Shown piece by piece: positions 33,871-44,507 of a DNA stretch of 64,000 bases (positions are counted from its first letter, which is position 1; each line of letters starts with the position of its first letter). The DNA comes from an uncultured Collinsella sp. (lineage in GTDB: Bacteria > Actinomycetota > Coriobacteriia > Coriobacteriales > Coriobacteriaceae). The notes under the pieces are model-generated. The model had not been told where the DNA came from. It ran no database searches and saw nothing but the letters and a program-made list of their open reading frames with translations. The position numbers and the translations under genes were made by a program. The DNA lies in NCBI GenBank assembly GCA_900549745.1, contig URPJ01000010.1:5220-69219 (forward strand). The letters are read 5' to 3'.

Positions 33871-34889
33871 GGGGACGTTCTTAAACGACTAGTCGTTGGG
33901 GACACTCTTCGCGAGAAAGCTGCAAGGACTGTCCCCCACTGCCGGCAGATAGGGAACGTCCCCATCTGCCGGATTAAGCGAGGCTCTCCAAAACGTGGCG
34001 AAGCTCCTGCTGGACGGCGTGGTCGCGGTTGCGCCCCACCACGCGATCGGCAACGGCCTTGAGCGCGGGACGTGCATTTTCCATCGCACAACCCGTGCCG
34101 ACAAAGCGAATGATCTCGTAATCGTTCATCGAGTCGCCAAACGCCATGACCTCGTCGCGCCCAATGCCGTAATGCTCCGCGAGCTGCGCGATGCCCGAGG
34201 CCTTCGACACGCCGGGCTGCATGGCGTCGATCCACGCGTTGCCCGAAGGCGCGAAAGTAAAGAGCTGACCGAGTTCGCGCTGCAGCACGTACGCACTGTC
34301 CATAACGGCACCGTCGTCGCAAAAGATACTCGCCTTGATGATATTTACGCTGGGCTCGGGCAGCTCCCAAATGCGCTCGGCATTGGGAAGGTCTTTATCG
34401 ACTTCACGCACAAACTTGCACTCGTCATCGAGCAAAAAGGACTTGGTTCGGTCGAAGAGCGCAAGATGCAGATTGGGAAACGTCGCGACGGCCTGGGCGA
34501 GCTTTCGAATCGCCAGGTGCGAATATACCTCGCGGTCTACCATTTTGCCGTCGGCGTAGACCTGGGCACCGTTAGCTGCGACAAAGTCCATCTTGTCGCG
34601 AACGGGCGCAAAGAACTCGCACAGGCGATCGTAGCGGCGGCCTGACGATGCGGCAAAATGCACGCCATGCTCGCGTAGCGCCAAAATCAGTTCGTAGGTC
34701 TCGGGAGGCACCTGGCCGTTTTCGTCAAGCAACGTGCCGTCCATATCGGATGCAATCAGTTTAACCATAGAAAAGCTCCCTTCGGACTTGTTGGAATCGA
34801 GCGTGTATCCGATTCCAACGTACCCAAAGGGAGCTCAAATAAGACCCCGCAGTCATAAACGTTACAACTAGTCGTTTAAGTGCGTCCCC
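33871..34889. repeat. 23-bp inverted repeat pair (21/23 identical) bracketing the second HAD gene
   Basis: GGGGACGTTCTTAAACGACTAGT at 33871-33893. The reverse complement of 34867-34889 is GGGGACGCACTTAAACGACTAGT. Confidence 0.8.
33974..34768 (-). CDS. Cof-type HAD-IIB hydrolase
   Basis: KLIASDMDGTLL, SSGR, SKASG, FGDSMND. Confidence 0.93.
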   Translation of the reverse strand: MVKLIASDMDGTLLDENGQVPPETYELILALREHGVHFAASSGRRYDRLCEFFAPVRDKMDFVAANGAQVYADGKMVDREVYSHLAIRKLAQAVATFPNLHLALFDRTKSFLLDDECKFVREVDKDLPNAERIWELPEPSVNIIKASIFCDDGAVMDSAYVLQRELGQLFTFAPSGNAWIDAMQPGVSKASGIAQLAEHYGIGRDEVMAFGDSMNDYEIIRFVGTGCAMENARPALKAVADRVVGRNRDHAVQQELRHVLESLA

Positions 34890-34894
34890 GATGA

Positions 34895-36715
34895 CTAGTC
34901 GGCGTAGGTGAAGGTTGTGACGTCGAACATGCCCTCGGGGCGGATGCGGAGCGTCGGGATGACCGGCAGGGGCAGGAAGATGATGCCCATGATGGGGTCG
35001 AGCGGCGGCTCAATACCCATGGCGCGCGCCTTGACCATAAAGTCGTCGTGCTGCGCAGCAACGTCCTCGGCCGTGCCTTCGCTCATAAGGCCACCGAGCG
35101 CCAGCGGAATACGCGCCACGACCTTGCCGTTGCGCACCAGCACGTGGCCGCCCTGGCCCACGGCCTCGACGGCAGCCATCATATCAGCCGCGCTGTCGCC
35201 CACCACGCACACGTTGTGCGAGTCGTGGCCGATCGTCGAGGCGATGGCACCGCCCGTGATGGTAAAGCCGCGCACCCAGCCGCGACCGATATGCTTGCCG
35301 ACCAGGCCCAGGCCAGCGGGGCCGTCGCCATCGGCGCCCTCGGCCTGCAGCGACACGCCGCGGCCGTGGCGCTCGATCAGCATAATGCGGCGCAGGCCCT
35401 CGGCACTCTCGGGGCGAGCCATACCCGTGATGGCCTTGCCCGGCACCACGTCGATCACGGCCTCGCCCGGCTTAAAGGCATAGTCGAACACGTCGAGCGA
35501 TAGCTTCGGCAGTTTAACGGAAGCGCGCAGCTCATCGGCAAGGGCCGCAACCTCGGCCATCTCGGGTGCAATCTCGCCCACAAAGGTGCCGTCCTGCGCC
35601 ACCAGAGCACCGGCGGCATAGACACGATGCGGAGCCTTGGCAAACGTCAGGTCATCGAGCAACAGCAGGTCGGCGCGTTTGCCCGGGGCGATCGCGCCAC
35701 GGAGCTCATGCGGGTCGCGACAGCCGTGGTCCAGGCCAAATGCCTCGGCCGTGGAAAGGGACGCCATAGAGATGGCGACCACCGGGTCGATGCCGGCCTC
35801 GATAGCCACGCGGCAGGCGTTGTCGATCATGCCGGTCGCAAGCGCATCGGAAGGGGCGCGGTCGTCAGTCGCAAAGCAGCAGCGGCGGGCACGGGCGGGG
35901 TTTTCCAGCAGCATCGGAGACAGGTTGGCCAGGTCATGGCTGCACGTGCCTTCACGCAGCATCACATACATGCCGCGGGACAGCTTGTCGAGTGCCTCCT
36001 CGGGAATCGTCGACTCGTGGTCGGCGATAATGCCCGCTGCGGCATAGGCGTTAAGGTCCTTACCGGCAACGAGCGGCGCGTGGCCGTCAACCTGCTTGGA
36101 CGGCGTCTGGTTGGCAGCATCGATGCGAGCACAGGTCTCGGGGTCGGCCATAAAGACGCCCGGCAAGTTCATCATTTCGCCCAGACCAAAAACATCGCCC
36201 GGATGCTCGGCAAAAAACGCTTGCATGTCAGCGGCGGTAATCACAGCGCCTGCTTGCTCATCGGGCAGCGCGGGCACGCACGAGGGCATCATGTACTTGA
36301 TGGAGATGGGTGCGCGACGACCGTCCTCGATCATAAAGCGCAGGCCGTCCAAGCCCGCCACATTAGCGATCTCGTGGCTGTCAGCAATAGCGGTGGTGGT
36401 ACCGCGCGTCGCCGCCATGCGCGCATACTCGGCAGGGCGGATGTTCGAAGACTCGATATGCAAGTGCCCGTCAATAAAACCGGGGGCAAGATAGCGGCCC
36501 TGGCAATCGATGACCTCAGTTGCCTCGTAGGTACCGACGGCATCGTCGCGACCATCGTAGAGCACGCCGACGATCACACCGTCCTTGACGGCAACGCTAC
36601 CGGGCGCCACGCGCTGGCCATATACGTCGACAATCTGTGCATTGGTAAACAGCGTGTCGACGGGCACGCGACCCTCGGCGGCCTCGATCACAGTCCTCAT
36701 GACCTCAACGGACAT
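34895..36715 (-). CDS. ade: Adenine deaminase
   Basis: PGFIDGHLHIESS, HEIANV, GLGEMMN, DGHAP, DHE, TDDR, HDSHN. Start at ATG 36715 after AAGGAG. Confidence 0.92.
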   Translation of the reverse strand: MSVEVMRTVIEAAEGRVPVDTLFTNAQIVDVYGQRVAPGSVAVKDGVIVGVLYDGRDDAVGTYEATEVIDCQGRYLAPGFIDGHLHIESSNIRPAEYARMAATRGTTTAIADSHEIANVAGLDGLRFMIEDGRRAPISIKYMMPSCVPALPDEQAGAVITAADMQAFFAEHPGDVFGLGEMMNLPGVFMADPETCARIDAANQTPSKQVDGHAPLVAGKDLNAYAAAGIIADHESTIPEEALDKLSRGMYVMLREGTCSHDLANLSPMLLENPARARRCCFATDDRAPSDALATGMIDNACRVAIEAGIDPVVAISMASLSTAEAFGLDHGCRDPHELRGAIAPGKRADLLLLDDLTFAKAPHRVYAAGALVAQDGTFVGEIAPEMAEVAALADELRASVKLPKLSLDVFDYAFKPGEAVIDVVPGKAITGMARPESAEGLRRIMLIERHGRGVSLQAEGADGDGPAGLGLVGKHIGRGWVRGFTITGGAIASTIGHDSHNVCVVGDSAADMMAAVEAVGQGGHVLVRNGKVVARIPLALGGLMSEGTAEDVAAQHDDFMVKARAMGIEPPLDPIMGIIFLPLPVIPTLRIRPEGMFDVTTFTYAD

Positions 36716-37079
36716 ACATACTCCTTTAACCGTAGAAAAAAGCTGCGGAGCGGACAGACCTTCACCGCAGTAAGCTAATAGCCATTGTATGCCCAAACGA
36801 TGGGCCAACAATACGCCTCTCCGCTTAACGGCACACGCCACTTGGTGCAATGGGGACTGCCGCTGAGCACCAATGACTACTCGACGACTACTAACTGCCG
36901 TCCCGACAACAAAAACGCCGATGTTTTGGCATCGCCAGCGAGCGGGTCGCATTTGAGACAAGGTGACGTGAAACGAAAGGGCGCTGACCTTCTGGTCGCG
37001 CCCTTGAAGTTGAACGTCAGATTGTCCAAATGCGGCCCGCGCAGCGTCGGCCGGTCCGCCGTTCGGTAGAACGGCGGAA

Positions 37080-38291
37080 CTAAATCAATTTGAAGCCCTT
37101 GCGCTTGCCCACGGAGAGGGTGTCGCCCAGCTTGAGGGCGCTGGGGTTGATGTTGTAGCTCTTGGGAGCCACGGCCTTGCCGTTGATCTTGACGCCGCCG
37201 CCGTCGATGTCGCGACGGGCCTGGCCGGCGCTCGCCGAAAGACCCAGATCCTTGAGCAGGCCGGCAAGGTAGATCTGGCCCTCGTCGTTAACAGTCAGCT
37301 CAACGTGCTTCTCGGGGAAGTCGGCAAGCTGGCCCTCCTTGAATACGCGGTCGAACTCGGCCTGGGCCTCGTCGCCGGCGCCGGCGCCGTGGTAGGTATC
37401 GCACAGATCGCGGCCCAGAGCGCGCTTGAGCTCGTAGGGGTCGGCGGAACCGTCGGCCAGGGCGGCGTCGATCTTGTCGACCTCGGCCGGGGTGAGCGAA
37501 CTGGCCAGACGATAGTACTTGCCGATCATCTCGTCGGGGATAGACATGGTCTTGCCGAACATATCCTTGGGAGCGTCGGTCAGGCCGATGTAGTTGCCAT
37601 AGGACTTGGACATCTTGCGCACGCCGTCGGTACCCTCGAGCAGCGGCATGGTGAGCGCGATCTGCGGCTCCATGCCCATCTTCTCCATGAGCTCACGGCC
37701 GGCGAGCAGGTTGAAGAGCTGATCGGTGCCGCCCATCTCCACGTCGGCCTTGATCTGCACGGAGTCGAAGGCCTGCATCACGGGATACAGGAACTCATGC
37801 AGGGCGATCGGCGTCTGAGACTGGTAGCGCTTGGTAAAGTCATCGCGCTCAAGGATGCGGGCGACGGTGAACTTGGAGCACACCTGCAGCAGGCCGGCCA
37901 GGTCCATCGAAAGGATCCAGTCGCCGTTGTGCACGATGGTGGTCTTCTCGGGATCCAGGATCTTCATGGCCTGGCTCACGTAGGTCTCGGCGTTGGCCTC
38001 GATCTGCTCCTGCGAAAGCTGCGGACGCGTGGAGTTCTTGCCCGAAGGATCGCCGATCAGCGCGGTGCCGTTACCGATGATAAGGGTGACGTTGTGGCCC
38101 AGGTCCTGGAACTGACGCATCTTGCGCAGGGGCACGGCATGTCCCAAGTGCAGGTCGGGGCTGGTGGGATCGACGCCGAGCTTGATGTTGAGGGGCTCGC
38201 CCTTCTCAAGCTTCTTGCGAAGGTCGGCCTCGGGGACGATCTGCGCGGCGCCCGAGGTGATGATACGCATTTGCTCGTCGACAGACAGCAT
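37080..38291 (-). CDS. tyrS: Tyrosine--tRNA ligase
   Basis: KLGVDPTSPDLHLGH, KMSKS, C-terminal S4-like domain. Confidence 0.98.
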   Translation of the reverse strand: MLSVDEQMRIITSGAAQIVPEADLRKKLEKGEPLNIKLGVDPTSPDLHLGHAVPLRKMRQFQDLGHNVTLIIGNGTALIGDPSGKNSTRPQLSQEQIEANAETYVSQAMKILDPEKTTIVHNGDWILSMDLAGLLQVCSKFTVARILERDDFTKRYQSQTPIALHEFLYPVMQAFDSVQIKADVEMGGTDQLFNLLAGRELMEKMGMEPQIALTMPLLEGTDGVRKMSKSYGNYIGLTDAPKDMFGKTMSIPDEMIGKYYRLASSLTPAEVDKIDAALADGSADPYELKRALGRDLCDTYHGAGAGDEAQAEFDRVFKEGQLADFPEKHVELTVNDEGQIYLAGLLKDLGLSASAGQARRDIDGGGVKINGKAVAPKSYNINPSALKLGDTLSVGKRKGFKLI

Positions 38292-38387
38292 TGGGTATCC
38301 TCCTTTTGCTATAGCACCTTCGCCGAAAACGGCGGTGCTGGAAGTCCATAAACTCTCTTATGATAACAAACTGACGCGACGCGGCAC

Positions 38388-40373
38388 CTACGACAGGAAA
38401 ATCCTCGTCCTGCCGCATGCGTCAATGGCAACTGGCAGACGCGTACCGTCACGCTCGACCAGATAGCGTACCTGCCGACGACGCAAGCAGTCGCGGCAAC
38501 GGACCTGTCCCGTCGCATCGGTGGCGCAGACGCCCTCGGCGGTCAGCAGGCAGTGCTCGCACACCATAAGCTCGGGACGGTCGGCGTCGACCGGACCCAA
38601 GACGCCGGGTTCAGCAGCCAGTTCGGCAATACGCTCCGCATCATTGCCGAGCAACTCGGCCGGCAAGTACACCCGCCCCGCACCGAGTCCGCGCAGCCAG
38701 GTAAGCGTGGCCCGATTCGCGCAGAACACCGGCGCCGCCACGTCAAACGTCACGCCCAGCTCGCGAGCGATCACCACCTGTCCCAGGTTGCGGCAGACGA
38801 CGCGCCCGGCACGCTGCATCAGTGAGCGGGTCCGGTCAGCGTCACCTGTGCGGTACACCTCGTCAAGCACCACAACGGCGTCGGACAAATCGAGTTCTCC
38901 GCGCGGGTCGGCATCCATCAGTTGCCAAGCAAAAACCATGCGAGTGGGAACCGCGCACTCCACCAACTCCGTCGACGCACCGCCATCCACCGCAACGCCC
39001 TCAAAGGGCAGTACCTCGACGGCACGCGCAACGGGCGCAATCGCATCCGCCTCGGCCCGCATGCGCTCCAACACCGCCGCCGTCTGATCCAACACGCCGG
39101 CGCTGCGAATCAGGTATACCTCGCAGCCCGCGTCCACCTTACGCTTGCAATGCACGACGACGCGCTTCCCCGCTGCGGCATCCACCGGACAGGGCACCTG
39201 CGGCCAGCGCTTGGGCACATCGGGACGCGCGTCGACACCCGGATAGAACCGAATCTCGAGCGTGTCACCCGCCGCCACGGCGGCGTCGAGCTCAACGGTC
39301 ACCTCTTCGTGGCCCACAGCGACCAAACGCCCCACGCGCACGCCCTGGTTAATTGCGCGCTCAAAGCTCATCAGCTCGGCACCCGAACGCCCTCGCAGGT
39401 ACGTATCGGTAAACCCACGGTTAAACGACCTCCCCAGCTCGCGTTCAAGCTCTTCCACGGCATCGGGGTCCCACGCGCCGTCGCGCAGCATATCGAGTGC
39501 CCGGCGCCACACCCGCACCACGTTGAATACGTAATCGGAGTTCTTCATGCGCCCCTCGATCTTGAGCGACGCCACGCCGGCATCTACAAGCTCGGGCAGA
39601 TGTGCAATACCCAGATAGTCGCGCGGGCACAGCAGGCGATCTCCCTCGACGGCAACAACGCTCTGTCCCGCCTCGTCCACTAGGTCGTACGCCAGACGGC
39701 ACGGCTGCGTGCAGTCGCCGCGCATCGCCGAGCGCCCACGCCGCAGGGCCGAGAACTCGCACGCCCCCGAATAGCCGATGCAAATCGCACCGTGGCAGAA
39801 TACCTCGATGGGCACGCCCGTGGCACATAGCGCCGCAATCTCGTCGACCGTCAGCTCGCGTGCCGTCGTCACGCGCTCGACCCCCAGCTCATCGGCGGCA
39901 AGCCGCACGGCGCCTTCGCTATGAGCGCCCGCCTGCGTGGACAGGTGAATCTCGACCCCGGGAATCGCCGCGCGCAGCGCGCAGGCCAACCCGGCATCGG
40001 CGACAATCAGAGCATCGGCGCCCAACTCCAGTGCATGAGCTCCCAGTGCCACCGCATCGGACAGCTCATCGTCAAACACGAACACGTTGAGCGTCACGTA
40101 CACGCGCACGCCATGGGCATGCGCCACGGCGCAGCCGCGCGCAAACTCGTCATCCGTAAAGCCATGCGCGCTCACGCGGGCGTTAAAGCCGCCCAACCCC
40201 GCATAGATGGCATCGGCACCCGCGGCGATGGCCGCAAGCATCTGGTCGAGCCCGCCCGCCGGCGCCAGCAGCTCGGGCAGCGCCACACCGGCAGCATCCA
40301 ATCCAGTCTCGTATTGTCCGCTCGGCCCCATCGCCCGAATCGCCATCGGCAAACTCCTTACCAAGGTATGCAT
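38388..40373 (-). CDS. Peptidase U32 family protein (RlhA/TrhP-like RNA hydroxylase); start uncertain
   Basis: PELLAPAG, HLSTQ, HGAICIGYSGAC, RGDCTQPCR, KIEGRMK. Confidence 0.85.
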   Translation of the reverse strand: MHTLVRSLPMAIRAMGPSGQYETGLDAAGVALPELLAPAGGLDQMLAAIAAGADAIYAGLGGFNARVSAHGFTDDEFARGCAVAHAHGVRVYVTLNVFVFDDELSDAVALGAHALELGADALIVADAGLACALRAAIPGVEIHLSTQAGAHSEGAVRLAADELGVERVTTARELTVDEIAALCATGVPIEVFCHGAICIGYSGACEFSALRRGRSAMRGDCTQPCRLAYDLVDEAGQSVVAVEGDRLLCPRDYLGIAHLPELVDAGVASLKIEGRMKNSDYVFNVVRVWRRALDMLRDGAWDPDAVEELERELGRSFNRGFTDTYLRGRSGAELMSFERAINQGVRVGRLVAVGHEEVTVELDAAVAAGDTLEIRFYPGVDARPDVPKRWPQVPCPVDAAAGKRVVVHCKRKVDAGCEVYLIRSAGVLDQTAAVLERMRAEADAIAPVARAVEVLPFEGVAVDGGASTELVECAVPTRMVFAWQLMDADPRGELDLSDAVVVLDEVYRTGDADRTRSLMQRAGRVVCRNLGQVVIARELGVTFDVAAPVFCANRATLTWLRGLGAGRVYLPAELLGNDAERIAELAAEPGVLGPVDADRPELMVCEHCLLTAEGVCATDATGQVRCRDCLRRRQVRYLVERDGTRLPVAIDACGRTRIFLS

Positions 40374-40508
40374 TCACTCTGAAAAATGCCGTCTTCCAGC
40401 ATACACGAGGCCTCGCGCGCCCCGTTTGGTTTATCGTGTAATAACTTATGTCCATCCTGCCCCGACGGCACATCCGCCGTCCGGCACGACATACCTGGAG
40501 GTCAATAT

Positions 40509-42707
40509 ATGGGTCCTCGCCAACGACAGGGACGCAGCCGTTCAAAGACGCATGCTCTGCCCATAATCCTGCTCTCGTTTTTGGGCTTTCTGCTGATTGC
40601 GGGCGTGGCGTTTGGCATCGGCATGGTCGGCAACGTCAACCGCTGGCTGTCCGATCTGCCCGACTACACCGACGCCAACGCGTATCTGGTGAGCGAGCCC
40701 ACCGAGATCGTCGACTGCAATGGCAACAAGATCGCGAGCTTCTACACGCAAAACCGCAAGTCCATCACCAAGGACGAGGTCTCCCCCTACGTGCTGCAGG
40801 GCACCGTTGACGTCGAGGACGAGCGCTTCTACGAGCACGGTGGTATCGACCTGTGGGGTATCGCGCGTGCTGCGGTGGCAACCCTCGGCGGCGGGCACGA
40901 AGGCGCCTCGACTATCACCCAGCAGCTGGTGCGCAACACCATCCTGCAGGAGGAGCAGTTCGACTCGACCATCGAGCGTAAGGTGCGCGAGGCCTACATC
41001 GCCGTCAAGATGGAGGACATGTACTCCAAAGACGAGATCCTCATGATGTACCTCAACACCATCTATTACGGCCACGGCGCCTACGGCATCGAGGCCGCAG
41101 CCGAGACCTATCTATCCAAGAGCGCCGCCGATCTCACCCTCAGCGAGGCCGCGCTGCTCATCGGCCTTCCCAACTCGCCCTCGCAGTACGACCCCACGGT
41201 CAACCCCGACCTAGCGCTGTCCCGTCGCAACAAGGTCCTCGACAACATGTTGCGCCTGGGCCACATCACGCAGGAGGAACACGATGCCGCACAGGCCGAG
41301 CCCATCACCCTCAACGTGACCGAGATTTCGGGCAGTGGCGTCGACGTATACTCGCAGCCCTACTTTGTCGCCTATGTTAAGCAGCTGCTGGAGCAGGAGT
41401 TCTCGACCGACGTGCTCTTTAAGGGCGGTCTGACCGTCAAGACCACCATCGACCCCACGATGCAGCAGGTGGCAGAGAATGCCGTCCGACAGCAGCTCGA
41501 CACGCTCTCACTCGACGGCCTGGACATGGGCATGGTCGTCGTCGACCCCAAGACCGGCTACATCAAGTGCATGGTGGGCGGCTACGACTACAACTCAGAC
41601 GAGAACCACGTAAACCATGCCACGGCCAAGCGTCCCGTCGGCTCCACCTTTAAGGCCTTTACGCTGGCAACCGCCATCCAAAATGGCATGAACCCCAACG
41701 TCACCCTCAACTGCAACTCGCCGCTCAAGGCCAAGGGCACCACGACCGAGGTCCAAAACTACGCCAACCATAGCTATGGCAACATTACGCTTAAGCAGGC
41801 GACGGCATACTCCTCCAACACCGGCTACATCCAGGTGGCGGAAGCCGTCGGCAACAGCAAGATCATCTCGCTCGTCAAAAAGCTCGGCATCGATCCCGCC
41901 AAGGACAACATCGAGGACGTTCCCGTCATGACCCTCGGCACCGGCTCGATCTCGCCGCTCGAGATGGCCGCCGCCTACGCGACGTTTGCCAACGGCGGCT
42001 ACTATCGCCAGCCGATTGCCATCACCGAGATTGACTCTCGTACCGGTTCGGTGCTGTACCAGCACACCGACAATCCCTCACAGGTGCTTACCGAGGGCGA
42101 GGCCGCAGCGGTCACCGATGTTCTGTCCGGCGTCATGCAGGGCGGCGGCACGGGTGCTGCCGGTGCCCTGAGCGTCAACCAGCCCTATGCCGGCAAGACG
42201 GGCACCACCGACAACACCACTAACCTGTGGTTCTGCGGCTATACCCCGCAGCTGGCGTGCGCCCTGTGGACCGGCTATTCCGCGGGCGAGATCCCCATCC
42301 AAAAATACGGCACGGACCTGCTGGGCGACAGCACCAACCTGCCTGTCTTTAAGCGGTTTATGAACACCGTTCTGACCGGTACCGAGCGCGAGGAGTTTGC
42401 GACCGGAACGGCGCCCACCTACAAGAACAACAGCGTCTGGAAGTTCTACGGCACCAACAACACCAAGAAGACGGAGAACGACGACAAGGACGAGAACGAG
42501 GACGAAGAGGAAACCACCACAACGACTACCACGACGACCACGACGACCGAGACCACGGGCGGCGACACCACCGGCGGCACCGGAACGACCGGTGGCTCGA
42601 CGGGCGGCTCCACTGGTGGTTCGACCGGCGGCGATGGCGGCACGCCTACGCCCACGCCTACGCCCACTCCCGACCCCTCGCCCACGCCTGACGATACGGT
42701 CGGCTAG
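40509..42707 (+). CDS. Class A penicillin-binding protein (transglycosylase/transpeptidase)
   Basis: TM anchor, EDERFYEHGG, GASTITQQ, RKVRE, STFK, SSN, KTG motifs. Low-complexity C-terminal tail. ATG 40509 follows GGAGG. Confidence 0.95.
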   Translation: MGPRQRQGRSRSKTHALPIILLSFLGFLLIAGVAFGIGMVGNVNRWLSDLPDYTDANAYLVSEPTEIVDCNGNKIASFYTQNRKSITKDEVSPYVLQGTVDVEDERFYEHGGIDLWGIARAAVATLGGGHEGASTITQQLVRNTILQEEQFDSTIERKVREAYIAVKMEDMYSKDEILMMYLNTIYYGHGAYGIEAAAETYLSKSAADLTLSEAALLIGLPNSPSQYDPTVNPDLALSRRNKVLDNMLRLGHITQEEHDAAQAEPITLNVTEISGSGVDVYSQPYFVAYVKQLLEQEFSTDVLFKGGLTVKTTIDPTMQQVAENAVRQQLDTLSLDGLDMGMVVVDPKTGYIKCMVGGYDYNSDENHVNHATAKRPVGSTFKAFTLATAIQNGMNPNVTLNCNSPLKAKGTTTEVQNYANHSYGNITLKQATAYSSNTGYIQVAEAVGNSKIISLVKKLGIDPAKDNIEDVPVMTLGTGSISPLEMAAAYATFANGGYYRQPIAITEIDSRTGSVLYQHTDNPSQVLTEGEAAAVTDVLSGVMQGGGTGAAGALSVNQPYAGKTGTTDNTTNLWFCGYTPQLACALWTGYSAGEIPIQKYGTDLLGDSTNLPVFKRFMNTVLTGTEREEFATGTAPTYKNNSVWKFYGTNNTKKTENDDKDENEDEEETTTTTTTTTTTTETTGGDTTGGTGTTGGSTGGSTGGSTGGDGGTPTPTPTPTPDPSPTPDDTVG

Positions 42708-42730
42708 AAATTCATCCGGCCATTAGCAAC

Positions 42731-42771
42731 AAGGCCCCCGAGCAGCTTATTAAAGTGCTCGGGGGCCTTTT
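42731..42771 (+). terminator. Intrinsic terminator after the PBP gene
   Basis: AAGGCCCCCGAGCA...TGCTCGGGGGCCTTTT. Confidence 0.8.
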
Positions 42772-42812
42772 AATTTAAAGTGACCTGGTGGACGGTCTTT
42801 ATACCGGCAAAC

Positions 42813-42848
42813 AAAAAAGGGGGGTACCGACCAACGTCGATACCCCTT
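42813..42848 (-). terminator. Intrinsic terminator after argR
   Basis: A6 run plus GGGGTA...TACCCC hairpin. Confidence 0.6.
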
Positions 42849-42896
42849 ACAAGCCACCATGTCACGCGCACAGTGCCGAGCGCACGACCCGCACGC

Positions 42897-43334
42897 CTAC
42901 TTGCGAGAATTGCTCAGCTTATTGATCAGCGCCTCAAGACGCTCGCCGTCCTCGGCCGTCTGGGCAATAACCAAAATCGTATCGTTGCCGGCAAGCGAGC
43001 CAAGCACATCGGGCAACTCTGCCGCATCAACGGCGGCGGCGATGCCGGAAGCCGTGCCAGGCTGAGCCTTGATCATAACCAGATTATCGGTACGCAGAAC
43101 GCCCGTTACAAGCTCGGAAACCATACGCTGCAGGTGCAGGTCCTCTGCCAGAACATAGATGCCCTCAGGGAGCTTACGCAGCCCCATGTCGGCAATATCG
43201 CGAGAGACAGTCGCCTGCGTGCAATCAAAGCCCATAGCGCGGAGCTCATCGACCAGCACGCGCTGCGTTCGGACGTCCTTATTGCGCACAATATCTCTAA
43301 TGGCATCCTGGCGCCCATTGCGTTTTTTAGCCAT
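42897..43334 (-). CDS. argR: Arginine repressor
   Basis: TQATVSRDI, GSLAGNDTI. Confidence 0.95.
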   Translation of the reverse strand: MAKKRNGRQDAIRDIVRNKDVRTQRVLVDELRAMGFDCTQATVSRDIADMGLRKLPEGIYVLAEDLHLQRMVSELVTGVLRTDNLVMIKAQPGTASGIAAAVDAAELPDVLGSLAGNDTILVIAQTAEDGERLEALINKLSNSRK

Positions 43335-43408
43335 ACAAACCCTCTCTCCAAAAGATGGCGGAGACAATCAATCAGTGATTGAATAGTTTAACGCTATTTG
43401 AAGGCTTT

Positions 43409-43446
43409 TGTGTATAAGAACGCATTTCGAAACAATTCTATGCAAG
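43409..43446. promoter_or_regulatory. Possible tandem degenerate ARG boxes upstream of argR
   Basis: TGTATAAGAACGCA and AACAATTCTATGCA compared with the TGCAT-N4-ATGCA consensus, in an AT-rich island. Confidence 0.35.
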
Positions 43447-43466
43447 TTTGTTTCGAAATGAGCCGT

Positions 43467-44507
43467 TTAGGCGGTTTTTGCGCCCGTCCGGTTAAGAAAA
43501 GCTGCCAGATGCGTACACATCACACAGCGCGCGGGCTTGGCGCTGGCGATCGGCCCAAACAACAGACCGAGCCCCCGATGGTTATCCTTGAGCGCGGCGA
43601 CCATCTGACGGGTTCGAGGCGCATCGAGCATATCACGCATGCGGGCGGAACGCTCGATTGACGACACCCCATGCGGGCTCAGACACAAATTCTCGATGCA
43701 GGCGACCAGTCCGGCAAAGTAGAACTTTTGGCTTGCCAGCTTGAGCCGACCACCGCTGTCTGCTTCCGAGAGTGAGTCCGCAAGCTCGTCGAGCGCTCGA
43801 GTGTCATCGGATACCTTGGCATACATGGTGGGATCAAAGGCATCTGTAAGTTTAGGTGCCGCCGTGTGGAAACAAGCATCGCCGCAGCCGGACACGCATC
43901 GTGTCTGCGAAAGCGCGCATGCCATAAACCCAACTGTGCGAAACACCTTGTCGCACAAAAGGCATGCCTCAAACAGCGAGCGGCTGTACATCACACCAGA
44001 GGTCTGAACGACTAGGCCGCCTAAAATCAACTGAGGCAGCCCGGCCGCCATCGAAGATTTGCTATCAATGGAAATATGAGCAGCATCCAAGACGCGCGAA
44101 TGGCGCTCTCGATGTGCATCATAGCGGTCGAGCGACACCGTGGGGAGCACTATGTCTGCCGTAGTATCGCACGCGATATTGACCATCTTGGAAAGGGACT
44201 GCGGAGCAAACCACTCATCGGCGTTCATAGCGATGATTTGAGAGCCGCGCGAGGCAGCAAAACCGGCACGAAGACAAGCGCCGCGCTTCGCGTCCTCGAC
44301 GTCAATCAAATCAATATGGATGTCCCTGTCGGCAGCAACTTGAAGCGAATGGCGCACACCGGGCGCAGCATCGCGGCAGACAACGACAATCTGCAAATCG
44401 TAGAGGTCTTGGTTCTGGATACTCTCGAGCGCACGCATCGCATAGCTGGGCGAACCTTCTACCACAAGGATCACCGAAAGTCGCGGATGCGAGCCACGTC
44501 GAACCAA
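43467..44507 (-). CDS. Glycosyltransferase family 2-like protein (divergent)
   Basis: LSVILVV...RALESIQNQ...LQIVVV...G...A.GxxI..MNADEW follows the GT2 N-terminal pattern. Confidence 0.65.
   Translation of the reverse strand: MVRRGSHPRLSVILVVEGSPSYAMRALESIQNQDLYDLQIVVVCRDAAPGVRHSLQVAADRDIHIDLIDVEDAKRGACLRAGFAASRGSQIIAMNADEWFAPQSLSKMVNIACDTTADIVLPTVSLDRYDAHRERHSRVLDAAHISIDSKSSMAAGLPQLILGGLVVQTSGVMYSRSLFEACLLCDKVFRTVGFMACALSQTRCVSGCGDACFHTAAPKLTDAFDPTMYAKVSDDTRALDELADSLSEADSGGRLKLASQKFYFAGLVACIENLCLSPHGVSSIERSARMRDMLDAPRTRQMVAALKDNHRGLGLLFGPIASAKPARCVMCTHLAAFLNRTGAKTA

Noticed and set aside
36716..37079. Purine riboswitch upstream of ade
   Set aside because: No purine-aptamer consensus was recognised, and a TACAAT -10-like hexamer lies only about 70 bp from the start.
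38292..38387. T-box leader for tyrS
   Set aside because: The spacer is under 100 bp and has no T-box motif.
42470..42700. Tandem ACC/ACG and GGC repeats as a contingency locus
   Set aside because: They are in-frame coding for the Thr/Gly/Pro-rich PBP tail, which is common in actinobacterial class A PBPs.
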